DNA of 64,000 nucleotides from Candidatus Gottesmanbacteria bacterium (GTDB lineage Bacteria; Patescibacteriota; Microgenomatia; UBA10105): NCBI GenBank assembly GCA_023245415.1, contig JAHFKJ010000002.1, positions 12,286 to 76,285 of the forward strand, read 5' to 3'. Shown piece by piece: positions 30,108 to 39,630 of this stretch (position 1 is its first letter; each line of letters starts with the position of its first letter). The notes under the pieces were generated by a model. It saw only the letters and a program-made list of their open reading frames with translations, ran no database searches and was not told where the DNA came from. The position numbers and the translations under genes were made by a program.

Positions 30108-30434
30108 GTGTATAATAATAGTATGGAAGAAGTGACGGTGTTACGCCGAAAAAGTAAAAAACTGTTTATTGTTGCAGGCGGATTACTCATTGTACTGGGG
30201 ATCTTGGTCTACGTATTTATGGCAATATTAAAGCCAAAAGTCGTCTCACCTGTTCAAGAAAGCGGAAACGTCCGCATTATATTTGTGACGCCCCAACCCC
30301 CAACGCTTGAAGTGAAGCCGTCATCACCTTCAGCTACACCAAAAAACAGTGGTAAAGCTGTTCCAACACCCAAAGCTACTCCAAAGACATCACCAAAAGC
30401 GTCAATCAAATCAGCTTCCGACTCTGCGAATTGA
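30108..30434 (+). CDS. membrane-anchored protein with PT/K-rich low-complexity tail
   Basis: One TM helix, then P/T/S/K-rich repeats. Confidence 0.35.
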   Translation: MYNNSMEEVTVLRRKSKKLFIVAGGLLIVLGILVYVFMAILKPKVVSPVQESGNVRIIFVTPQPPTLEVKPSSPSATPKNSGKAVPTPKATPKTSPKASIKSASDSAN

Positions 30435-31060
30435 ATAAGTTTCTTATGGATATATTTGCTGCCATCTTACAACTGGATGAAACTATTTTTTTCTTAATTA
30501 ATTCATTGCCGCATCCACCTCTTGTCGATCTTTTTTTTCTATTTTTTTCATTTTATCCACTCATTATCTGGCTTTTGATTGGAGTGATCGCCGTTGTATT
30601 TGAAGAACGTAAGGATAAGTTGTTTATTATCCGTTTAATACTCGCATTATGTGTGGCCGGAGCTATGGCTTCAGGATTTATTAAGCCGATTATCAGACGA
30701 CCGCGACCAGATATGACGCATGGCGACAGAGTAGTTATCGTCGAGGAAAAACCAGCAATACTACCCTGGAACAATGATTTCGCCTTTCCTTCTGGACACG
30801 CTGCGGTTGCATTCGCAGGTGCTTATGTCGTGACCCGGGAAGAAACTAGCGGTACACATAGCAAACGTCATTCACGAAAACAGAAGAAACTCATGAGATG
30901 GTTATTTATGGCTGTGGCATATTTGACGGCAATTTCACGCATCTATTTAGGTAAACACTATCCTTTAGATATTTTTGCCGGTGGGTTGCTCGGTTGGGGT
31001 GTCGGTTGGCTGGCGTGGAAAGTTGTGGATATCTATCAACTAAAAAAAGCAGATGTTTGA
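30431..31060 (+). CDS. PAP2-family phosphatase (undecaprenyl-diphosphatase-like)
   Basis: Carries the KxxxxRPRP, PSGH and SRxxxxxHxxxD PAP2 signature motifs. Confidence 0.65.
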   Translation: MNKFLMDIFAAILQLDETIFFLINSLPHPPLVDLFFLFFSFYPLIIWLLIGVIAVVFEERKDKLFIIRLILALCVAGAMASGFIKPIIRRPRPDMTHGDRVVIVEEKPAILPWNNDFAFPSGHAAVAFAGAYVVTREETSGTHSKRHSRKQKKLMRWLFMAVAYLTAISRIYLGKHYPLDIFAGGLLGWGVGWLAWKVVDIYQLKKADV

Positions 31061-31082
31061 TTTAAATTAGTCAGGTTCGTGA

Positions 31083-32099
31083 TCATTCTGAGATGTCAAA
31101 GGATTTTTTGTAGGTCGGTTCATACTTTCCTGAGGGAATGGGATACGGACTATACGAACCTCGGTGAATATCTTCAGGATGCTTAAATGGACTCGGTTTG
31201 ATCCCTGAAGGTAAGGGTCGTTTGGGGAAGTTCGGACATTTTTCCGGATTTGCTTCACAAGCCTTGCGGCATTCTTCATTAGTTGTACAACCCAACCTCT
31301 CTTTAATTTTATTTGCAGCATCATTTCGTACCGCTTGGCCAAAATTTCGGCATTTATCGTGGTTTGCCTCATCCTGACAAAAAGCTTTGCATGCTTCGAA
31401 TGTGGTACAGCCGAGTTCCTGTTTTGCTCTTTCGATGAGTCTTTCACGCTGCTGAGTTTGGTTGCCTTTTAATTTTTGACTTAGAGCTTGACATTTTGTT
31501 AGATTTTGGGGCTGTTGGCATAATTTGTAGCATTCTTCACGGGTTTGACACCCCAATTCAGTTTTGGCCATTTCAATAGTTTTATCTTTGACCTCAGATT
31601 TTAGATGAAACTTTTTGGCAAATGCCTCGCACGCATCTTTGTTTTCTGCTTGCGAACAAAATACTTGACATTCTTCACGGGTTTGACATCCCAATTCTTC
31701 CTGGGCCTTGGCAATGATGCTTTCCTGTTTTTTCAGACCTTTGTTCTCGGCGAAAGTCTGACACGCCTGCAAATTTTGTGCCTGAGTACAATAGCTTTTG
31801 CATTCAGCAACAGATCGGCATCCGCCTAGTTCGGTAATGGGGAAAGTGATCCCGAGTGCGGATACTTGTGCCTCCGGCGTCGATTCACCTAATACATTAT
31901 TGCTGTAGACGCTGTAGGACCAGCAAGCTGGTTTATGTTCGCCGATTTCACAATAGGTGTGACATTCTTTCTGGTCACGGCAATAGCCTAACTCTCGAAT
32001 TGGATAAGAGTAAGCTGAGGCACTTTTCACGTTTAACGCATATAAAGCGCTAAAGATTGTGAAAATCGCAAAGTTTTTAATTAAAGACTTCATATTCAT
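31083..32099 (-). CDS. secreted protein made of seven tandem ~40-aa four-cysteine repeats (E[LM]GCxTxEECxxxCxxxxNxxxCxxF)
   Basis: Signal peptide MNMKSLIKNFAIFTIFSALYALNVKSASA. The repeat is visible directly in the translation. Confidence 0.5.
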   Translation of the reverse strand: MNMKSLIKNFAIFTIFSALYALNVKSASAYSYPIRELGYCRDQKECHTYCEIGEHKPACWSYSVYSNNVLGESTPEAQVSALGITFPITELGGCRSVAECKSYCTQAQNLQACQTFAENKGLKKQESIIAKAQEELGCQTREECQVFCSQAENKDACEAFAKKFHLKSEVKDKTIEMAKTELGCQTREECYKLCQQPQNLTKCQALSQKLKGNQTQQRERLIERAKQELGCTTFEACKAFCQDEANHDKCRNFGQAVRNDAANKIKERLGCTTNEECRKACEANPEKCPNFPKRPLPSGIKPSPFKHPEDIHRGSYSPYPIPSGKYEPTYKKSFDISE

Positions 32100-32137
32100 A
32101 ATCTCTATACTCTAATCCCTAATCTCTAAGTCCAAAT

Positions 32138-32491
32138 TCAGAACGGATTTTGATATAGATTGGTACTTGTCGTTGTTGTACTTTGCGTATCAAATTGACT
32201 AAACGGATTCGTATCAGATGACGCGACAAATGGATTCACGGCTTCCGGTTCAGATGACGCATTGGCAAAGGGATTGGCAGCGGGTGGCGTTGATTCAAAA
32301 GCATTTTCTTTGACGGTTAAGGGAGCGGGCGGTACGGTATACTTTTTATTCGTAGCCAGTAAATATGCTGTCGTTGCTGCAGCGATAAGCGTGAGTAGTA
32401 ATACCGCCATGAACACAACGCGAAACGAAGAACTTGCCTGTGTAGGGGTCAAATTATTATTATCCCCATTATTAAATGTATACGCTTCCAT
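32138..32491 (-). CDS. small membrane-anchored low-complexity protein
   Basis: One TM helix. N/T/S/P-rich. Confidence 0.3.
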   Translation of the reverse strand: MEAYTFNNGDNNNLTPTQASSSFRVVFMAVLLLTLIAAATTAYLLATNKKYTVPPAPLTVKENAFESTPPAANPFANASSEPEAVNPFVASSDTNPFSQFDTQSTTTTSTNLYQNPF

Positions 32492-32532
32492 TATTATTTA
32501 AGTTAACAAAGTTTTTCACTCCATGTCAAGTG

Positions 32533-33318
32533 TTATTTTCCACATAAGAAACTGCCGATTGGAGTAAATTCACTCAGGACTTTTCCTTGTGTTGAATAAA
32601 ATGCTGACGCAGAGCCGCCATCAAGATTAAGAACTAGTAAGAGCTTAGAACTGACCGCTGTGTGTTTAGAAGAATTAAACCGAGAGATAATTTCTGGTAA
32701 ATCGGAAAGGAGTGGTCCGGAGTGATTATTGTCCTTATTCGTAACTGCTAAAAGGTAGAATTCATTAGCTTCAGTTTCGCTTATAAGAATTCGCCGGGCC
32801 GGCTTATCATCTTTTATCAAAAGTTGGGTTTGGGGAGTAAATAGTGGGCCGGATTGAAAGACAAATGTTACTGTTCCCAGGGGTGGAGCTTGATCGCTTA
32901 AACCTAAATTATTCCCGTGTGTTTTATAAAAAAAGCCATTAAAAAAAATATTGGAATGTATCGAGGAAACGAGTCTTATATTATTTGTAATAAATAATCC
33001 CAGAGGGGTATTTTCTTTAGTATAAAAACCGGCATTTGATCCATATGTACATTTATTTGTTTCCAAAATAGTTTGGGATGAAAGCTTTTCTGTAAAATTA
33101 GGGATAAGCGTTAACTGATTCGGAATTATAATTTTTTGCAGGTACAGCGCATACATTGATTCTCCTTTTGCAACAATAAAGGGTGAAGGTTCAGGAATTA
33201 ATGTAGAAGGAAGTATAATTGGAGATGCAGACGGCTTAGGCACGGGAGATGAGGTGAAATTAACTAATAACCAAAAAAATAGGATAATAATTGATCCAAT
33301 TAAAAAAACTTTGGTCAT
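32533..33318 (-). CDS. phosphodiester glycosidase (DUF2233/NAGPA)-like protein, membrane-anchored
   Basis: N-terminal TM. The VLNLDGGSASAF and GSNAGFY motifs resemble PF09992. Confidence 0.4.
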   Translation of the reverse strand: MTKVFLIGSIIILFFWLLVNFTSSPVPKPSASPIILPSTLIPEPSPFIVAKGESMYALYLQKIIIPNQLTLIPNFTEKLSSQTILETNKCTYGSNAGFYTKENTPLGLFITNNIRLVSSIHSNIFFNGFFYKTHGNNLGLSDQAPPLGTVTFVFQSGPLFTPQTQLLIKDDKPARRILISETEANEFYLLAVTNKDNNHSGPLLSDLPEIISRFNSSKHTAVSSKLLLVLNLDGGSASAFYSTQGKVLSEFTPIGSFLCGK

Positions 33319-34196
33319 GACAATTTTTTGAGCTGGGTAACCGGAGAGTTATTTGCTTCTTTGAAGCTGGCTAAAATAACCAGTGCATAGAGAAGAAATA
33401 CGATCGAATCAAAGAAGGGTATGGGGACCGCTATGCCAAAACTCACCATCAGTAGTTGGATAAGCGTCGGCAGAACCAAAGCGTGCAGGCCGATCTGATA
33501 AATTTTTTTGAAACCCAAATGAATTTTCATGACTTTGGCCAATATAAGGAGTATGAGCGATAAACCTAAATGTCCGATCAGCTTCACGACTGGCAATAAA
33601 ATCAAAAATATGAAAACCACCGCGAGTATAAAAAATACGGGAAGCCACTTGATAAAGGGTGTGATTTTTCCGACAAATGCGGCGAAGTTGGCACGGTCAA
33701 GCGTGAATTCTCCCAGTTCGGATAAAGGGATTACTCGTAGTGACGTATCTCTATCAGCGAAAATTAACGAATTTTTAGTAACCAGAATCAATGATTGTAA
33801 AGATCGAAAATCATCAGTTTTAGCCTTAGAATCGATGGTCAGTATGTACTTGAACTGATTAGATAAATTGCCTTGAAGATCTGCGGGTAGGGGAATTGAA
33901 AAAGGCTCGGTGACATTGGTCGTGATCTCGCCGTTTTTGACTGTCACAGCCAGATCTTTAGGATACATCTGGTTAGCTTTACTGGAAAAGTTTGTGGCAA
34001 AAGAATTTATACTGGGGAAAATACCCGCTAAGATCGAAATACTTAAAAGAATTCCGAGCATCATTGAAAAGGCCCAATAAAATTTGAAGGAAAACCGGAA
34101 GCGGGTTTTGACTACATCTTGGTAATACGTGAGCGAAGACATGCTTTTCCACAAGACGTACTGGTAAGTCGCAATTTTTTTCATGACTGATTTCAT
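33315..34196 (-). CDS. integral membrane protein, hypothetical (shares an operon with the downstream gene)
   Basis: ATGA overlap with 32533..33318. Multiple TM helices. Confidence 0.4.
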   Translation of the reverse strand: MKSVMKKIATYQYVLWKSMSSLTYYQDVVKTRFRFSFKFYWAFSMMLGILLSISILAGIFPSINSFATNFSSKANQMYPKDLAVTVKNGEITTNVTEPFSIPLPADLQGNLSNQFKYILTIDSKAKTDDFRSLQSLILVTKNSLIFADRDTSLRVIPLSELGEFTLDRANFAAFVGKITPFIKWLPVFFILAVVFIFLILLPVVKLIGHLGLSLILLILAKVMKIHLGFKKIYQIGLHALVLPTLIQLLMVSFGIAVPIPFFDSIVFLLYALVILASFKEANNSPVTQLKKLS

Positions 34197-34269
34197 AATA
34201 TTCGAGCGTATAGGGTAAAGCGTTTAGTGTAAAGAGATTAAAACTTAGAACTAAGAATTTATTTGCTCA

Positions 34270-34821
34270 TTGTATAATACTCATGTCATGAAACTCAATG
34301 CGAAAGAATTACGACGCATCGAACCCACGCGAACGCAAATCAGAGCGCTTAAAAAACGGCCAATATTCCTCATTCTCGACAACGTTCTCGATACTTACAA
34401 CGTAGGATCGATTTTTCGTCTGGCTGATGCACTGGCTGTTGAAAAAGTATTTTTGTGTGGAGAGACTTTGATTCCTCCAAATCATCGGATCAAAAAAGCT
34501 TCAATAGAAACGTGGAAATGGGTGGAATGGGAGTATTGCAAGAGCGCGGTAGAAGCGATTAAAAAACTCAAATCCCAGAACGCAATGATCAAAATAATGG
34601 CCGTAGAACAAGACGTAAGAAGTGTACGGTTCGATCAGGCGACGTATAAGTTGCCCCTGGCATTGGTTGTTGGCAATGAAACCTATGGTATATCTCAAGA
34701 AGCACTTCGCATGGCGGATGAAATAGTGGAACTGCCGATGTTTGGAATTAACCGAAGTTTGAACGTAATGGTGTCACTGGGCATTGTATTGTACCAGATT
34801 GTCAAACCTTGCCTATCTTAA
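34270..34821 (+). CDS. SpoU/TrmH-family RNA 2'-O-methyltransferase
   Basis: Carries the SPOUT motifs LDNVLDTYNVGSIFRLADA, LVVGNETYGIS and NRSLNVMVSLGIVLY. Confidence 0.7.
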   Translation: MYNTHVMKLNAKELRRIEPTRTQIRALKKRPIFLILDNVLDTYNVGSIFRLADALAVEKVFLCGETLIPPNHRIKKASIETWKWVEWEYCKSAVEAIKKLKSQNAMIKIMAVEQDVRSVRFDQATYKLPLALVVGNETYGISQEALRMADEIVELPMFGINRSLNVMVSLGIVLYQIVKPCLS

Positions 34822-35276
34822 GTAGATTAAAAACATTTTTGAAAATAACTGCCGATTCGAATACATGATATTTTTCAGTTACTTGAATAAAAAAGACATA
34901 ATTTTATATCTCTAGTCCATATGCTAGAAGCATTGGAAATATGAGAATTTTAAACTGTGGAAGGAAACAACATTATAGGTTGATTGACAATAAGGGATTT
35001 AATTTATATAATCACTGACAGTTATGAACATCACCTAAGTCGATATAAAGATTGGGTACATGACCCGCCGACTTGGCGGGTTTTTTGATGTAGCTCTTGT
35101 CGATACTAAGTGAGACTTAGAGATACATCATCCACCGAAGTTTGGATCAGCAGGACGAAGGAGGATTATTCTTCATAACTTCTGTTTATTGTGATCCGGT
35201 TAGCTCTTTGACAATCAAATGGTGGTAGGAATTTTCGACTCATTGTTTCCGAGTGAAACATAAGTCAATTTTTTTT

Positions 35277-35319
<43 letters not shown>

Positions 35320-36088
35320 TAAGCATGCAAGTCAAGGGGTTCCGATAGCAATATCGGGAAACCGGCAGACGGGTGAGTAATGGTAAGGAATGTACCCTAA
35401 AGTGGAGGATAGCTCGCCGAAAGGCGGGGTAATCCTGCATGTGGTCCGTCTTTGGCGGATCAAAGAGCGTAACTGCTCGCTTTGGGAGCAGCCTTACTCC
35501 TATCAGCTAGTTGGTGAGGTAACAGCTTACCAAGGCTATGACGGGTAGGGGGTGTGAGAGCACGTTCCCCCACAATGGCACTGAGATACGGGCCATACAC
35601 CTACGGGTGGCAGCAACTGGGAATAGTTGTCAATGGACGAAAGTCTGAACACGCGACGCCGCGTGAGGGATGAAGGCCTTCGGGTTGTAAACCTCTTTTG
35701 CCAAATCATCGAGATTTGGAGAATAAGCACCTACAAACTACGTGCCAGCAGTCGCGGTAATACGTAGGGTGCAAGCGTTATCCGGATTTACTGGGCGTAA
35801 AGTGTCGCGTAGGCGTGTTTTTAAGTCACGACTAAAAGTGCAGAGCTTAACTCTGTACCGGCTGTGATACTGAAAGCATATGAAGACGAGATGGGTACCT
35901 GGAACTCGTAGAGTAGCAGTGAAATGCGTTGATACTACGAGGAACACCAAAGGCGAAGGCAGGGTACTGGCTCTTACTTGACGCTGAGGCACGAAAGCTA
36001 GGGGAGCGAAGCAGATTAGAGACCTGCGTAGTCCTAGCTGTAAACGCATGGACGCTAGATGCCCCCCTCGTAAAGTCGAAGACTTTAA

Positions 36089-36188
36089 GAAATAAGTACC
36101 AATAATCCAATAAATACCAATAAGTACCAATTTCCAATTAATTTGTATTTATTTGATATTTGTTGATTTGTGGTGATTGGTATTTATT
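36089..36188 (+). repeat. 100-nt hairpin-forming insertion in a 16S variable helix (copy 1)
   Basis: Identical to 36543-36642. Its two halves pair through many G-U wobbles, so the hairpin is stable only as RNA on this strand. Confidence 0.7.
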
Positions 36189-36272
36189 TTCATAAGATCG
36201 TCGTTTTTACGAGCGGGGTGTCGTAAGCTAACGCGTTAAGCGGACCGCCTGGGGAGTACGATCGCAAGATTA

Positions 36273-36304
<32 letters not shown>

Positions 36305-36417
36305 CCAGTGGAGCATGTGGTTCAATTCGAGACGAAGCGAAAGACCTCACCAGGGTTTGAAATTATAGAGTTCTATCTTCTAGAAATAGTTGAGATGCGC
36401 AAGCAGACTATAACAGC

Positions 36418-36457
<40 letters not shown>

Positions 36458-36542
36458 CTTAAGTGCCAGAACGAGCGCAACCCCTATCCAATGTTACATA
36501 TCATTGGGGACCGCCCGCTTCTCAAAGCCTATGTAGCTTTGA

Positions 36543-36642
36543 GAAATAAGTACCAATAATCCAATAAATACCAATAAGTACCAATTTCCAATTAATTTGT
36601 ATTTATTTGATATTTGTTGATTTGTGGTGATTGGTATTTATT
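36543..36642 (+). repeat. 100-nt hairpin-forming insertion in 16S (copy 2, 1100-region helix); flanks look duplicated (cttctcaaa...tttgagaa on each side)
   Basis: Exact 100-nt identity with copy 1. Confidence 0.7.
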
Positions 36643-36897
36643 CTTCTCAAAAATGTAAGTTTTGAGAAGCGGGAGGAAGGAGGGGATGACGTCAAGTCAG
36701 CACGGTGCTTATATCCTGGGCTACACACATCCTACAATGGCGAATAACAATGAGATGCCAACCCGCGAGGGGGAGCCAATCTCTTTAAATTTCGCCTCAG
36801 TTCAGATTGCAGTCTGCAACTCGACTGCATGAAGCCGGAATTGCTAGTAATCGCAGATCAGCATGGCTGCGGTGAATACGTTCTCGGGTCTTGTACA

Positions 36898-37699
36898 AAA
36901 TTAATGCGCTTGGCAGTTTTGAGAACTAAATGGTGTAAATCCATTATTCGCGCAAGCGATTTAGTTGCGAACAGTCCAGATAAAGTAATTTATCGGATGA
37001 AGGGTTCAATATACAAAAAGCAGTCCGTTATATTAGGAGATGATGATCTATCTGTGTACGATAGAGAAATTGTTTTAAAAATCCAGACGGAATGCATGAA
37101 ATAGTTTTCTAAATAACCCAAGGAGATCCTTATGCGTCAGAACTATAAAAGGCATAGGGAAGTCAGCTGAGTCCATAGTATCTCGAAGATTGTTTATAAT
37201 ATATAGAATCGGGAGAAGGGATGAACACAAAACTAAATTCAAATTATATAGTAGGATTCGTTGATGGTGAAGGATGTTTTAGTATCACTATCAATAACCA
37301 TAATAATAAACAAGAAGTTCGATTGCTATTTGAAATTGAGCTAAGGGAAGATGATAAAAAGATACTTGAGCGTATTCAAGAAACGCTCGAGTGTGGCAAT
37401 ATCTATTATCTTAAGTATAAACGTTACCAGAAGTGGAGACCTCATTATAAATATAAAGTATCCAACTTCTCAGACATTTACACTAAAGTAATTCCTTTTT
37501 TCCGAAAGTATCCCTTACAAGCAAAAAAGAAATTGAGTTTTGCAAAATTTTGTAAGGTGGCAAATATGATTAAGAAAAAACAGCATTTAAACGCAATAGG
37601 AATAGAAAAAATAAAAAAAGTGAGGAATTTAGTAAGTGACTCGCTGGATGCGCTAGATACGCACGTCCAGTGGGGAGCGGTATAGTTCTAAACCGCAAT
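36898..37699 (+). mobile_element. ~0.8-kb intron in 16S rRNA between ...cttgtaca and caccgcccgtca, encoding a homing endonuclease
   Basis: The conserved 16S sequence TGTACA|CACCGCCCGTC is interrupted by 802 nt. The intron contains a LAGLIDADG ORF. Confidence 0.75.
37221..37685 (+). CDS. LAGLIDADG homing endonuclease (intron-encoded)
   Basis: The N-terminal IVGFVDGEGCF is a LAGLIDADG motif. 154 aa, single-motif type. Confidence 0.75.
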   Translation: MNTKLNSNYIVGFVDGEGCFSITINNHNNKQEVRLLFEIELREDDKKILERIQETLECGNIYYLKYKRYQKWRPHYKYKVSNFSDIYTKVIPFFRKYPLQAKKKLSFAKFCKVANMIKKKQHLNAIGIEKIKKVRNLVSDSLDALDTHVQWGAV

Positions 37700-38050
37700 C
37701 ACCGCCCGTCAAGCCAACAAAGTTGAAGGTGGCTGAATCCCGATTATATCGGGAGAAGCCAAATCCAACGATGGGGACTAAGTCGTAACAAGGTATCCCT
37801 AGCCGAAGCTGGGGATGGATCACCTCCTTTCTACGAGAAATCGTGGTGACAGAATCATCACGTATGTCTTTGTTAGTAGACGTTAAATAACTAATTCAGT
37901 ATTAAACTCTTAATCCGCCAACTTGCGGACTTCCTACCACCATTTGGTTGCCAAAATAGAAGAATCCCCTTAAATTAAGGGGATTTTTTGTGGAGTAGAT
38001 GTAATCTTCGCGATTGAGCAATTACGCATATTTTGTTAATATATGTAAGT

Positions 38051-38122
38051 GGCGCGGTGGCGAAGAGGTAACGCAGGAGTCTGCAAAACTTCTATGCACC
38101 GGTTCGATTCCGGTCCGCGCCT
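38051..38122 (+). tRNA. tRNA-Cys (GCA)
   Basis: Acceptor GGCGCGG/CCGCGCC, anticodon loop CTGCAAA, T-arm accgg-TTCGATT-ccggt, and discriminator U73 as expected for Cys. Confidence 0.7.
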
Positions 38123-38153
38123 CAGAGGTGCGAAAAAAACGTACACAAGTGGC

Positions 38154-38225
38154 GGGTGACTAGTTCAGTGGTAGAACGCTTTCCTGATAAGAAAGAGGTC
38201 TATGGTTCGATTCCATAGTCACCCA
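38154..38225 (+). tRNA. tRNA-Ile (GAT)
   Basis: GGGTGAC-TA-GTTCAGTGGTAGAAC-G-CTTTC-CTGATAA-GAAAG-AGGTC-TATGG-TTCGATT-CCATA-GTCACCC-A. Confidence 0.8.
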
Positions 38226-38230
38226 CTAAG

Positions 38231-38283
38231 TACGGCGGGCAGGTAAGAAAGAGATCAATGGTTCAATTCCATTAGTGCCTACA
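38231..38283 (+). pseudogene. truncated tRNA-Ile-like remnant
   Basis: ggcgggcaggtaagaaagagatcaatggttcaattccattagtgcctaca aligns to the 5' acceptor and the anticodon-3'/T-arm of the adjacent tRNA-Ile. The D-arm is missing. Confidence 0.4.
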
Positions 38284-38432
38284 GATTTGGATTTTTCAGC
38301 AAGTCAGAGATGGCACTCACCGCGGGGGCGGTGAGCTCTGCAAAGCCCTTTTTATACACGCAAAAAAGACTCCGGATAATAAAGAAGAAAGAATTACGCA
38401 AAAATTTTAAAGAACAATTTTAAAATTTTAAA

Positions 38433-38517
38433 GGGGCAACCGGTGGAACCAACTAAGAATTGCTTCTCTATTGTCCGATTGCCCCATCAAAAAAGCAATT
38501 CTCTAATTGTTGGTTCC
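38433..38517. promoter_or_regulatory. interleaved inverted repeats (A ggggcaa / B ggaaccaactaagaattgctt / A' ttgcccc / B' aagcaattctctaattgttggttcc) upstream of 38581 gene
   Basis: The sequence shows a pseudoknot-like A-B-A'-B' arrangement. Confidence 0.35.
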
Positions 38518-38580
38518 TAATAAACTATAGCAATTATTAACCTGTGTTTCAATGGCAATGAAATTTTGAATGTAATATAA

Positions 38581-39435
38581 TTGATGAAGTGTATTAAAAT
38601 CATAGGCATTATGGAAGCACCAATAGAAAGTCTAATTAACGAGTTATTAAATGACCCAAATGCACTTCAAGTTGAAAACTTGAAACTAAATGGAGTAAAT
38701 ATTACTCTTGTATCTTGCGATCATGAGCTAGAAAAAATGCCAAAGGCTGACCCATGGCAGGCGATTGAATATGAGATACAAAAATCTTCTTTAGTTTATG
38801 TTGAATACTTCCCGTATGAGCTAGAATCAACTGTATATAACAATCCAATTTGGGGCAGACTGGCAAGGGCCGCGGGAAAAGCGAAGGGTATAAACCATTT
38901 TTTTGACAAGATTGGCGATCTGGCAATTAAGCATGAAAAAGAAGTAGCAGTAGCAGATATTGCTAACGGACCGAAGTATTCAATTTACCATGCAGGATTG
39001 AGAGCAGTTCCTGGACCGTTATTAATGAGTGTTGCTCCAGACAAATTTGGAAGTTTTTTAGGAGTATGCAGTTTAGTCTATGGAAACGGAATGAGTATGC
39101 AGGAATTGTTTAGAATTGGAGCATTTGATCTGGAAAGAAAAAATTTTGAAAGGTTTATAATTGATATGGAAGACGCTCGTAGACTGTTAACTGCAAAAGG
39201 TATCAGACAGGAAGTAGAAAAAAGAGTTGAGGGGTCACAATTAACATATATTGCTCCTAGGGCTCACGTCAGCAGGGTAAAATGGTATCTAGAACATCCT
39301 AACGATATTGTGTCAAACACAAAAGCGAAAGCATATTCTTTAGCGGCGGGGTTACCAAGATCAACAAGAATATATAAAAATTCAAAGATGTTTCATTCGT
39401 GGCAATTAGTTTCAGATATACCAACAAAAGTTTGA
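38581..39435 (+). CDS. hypothetical protein
   Basis: 284-aa ORF with no confident domain assignment. Confidence 0.4.
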   Translation: MMKCIKIIGIMEAPIESLINELLNDPNALQVENLKLNGVNITLVSCDHELEKMPKADPWQAIEYEIQKSSLVYVEYFPYELESTVYNNPIWGRLARAAGKAKGINHFFDKIGDLAIKHEKEVAVADIANGPKYSIYHAGLRAVPGPLLMSVAPDKFGSFLGVCSLVYGNGMSMQELFRIGAFDLERKNFERFIIDMEDARRLLTAKGIRQEVEKRVEGSQLTYIAPRAHVSRVKWYLEHPNDIVSNTKAKAYSLAAGLPRSTRIYKNSKMFHSWQLVSDIPTKV

Positions 39436-39503
39436 GACTTATAAATATAAAATTGCTCGGCGATAGCCGAGCAAAAACCGCGCGCGCAAAAAAAATAACG
39501 AAA

Positions 39504-39556
39504 GCGCGGCGGGTGGGCACATTCGGCAAGTTCAGTGTAAAGGCGCCGCGCCCACA
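39504..39556 (+). repeat. GC-rich ~50-nt direct repeat, copy 1 (gcgcggcgggtgggcacattcggcaagttcagtgtaaaggcgccgcgcccac)
   Basis: Near-identical copy at 40584-40633. The pair brackets ORF 39631..40548. The termini are self-complementary (gggtgggc...gcccac). Confidence 0.6.
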
Positions 39557-39630
39557 GTTTTAGATTTTGGGAATTATCTGGAAGGACGCTCTCCGCCAGC
39601 CGGCGGTCTGGCCTGTATGGTATAATCTAT

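Noticed and set aside
39440-39480. Hairpin gctcggcgatagccgagc as terminator of gene 38581..39435
   Set aside because: It is followed by an A-run rather than a T-run on the coding strand, so it fits a plus-strand intrinsic terminator poorly. It is left unannotated.
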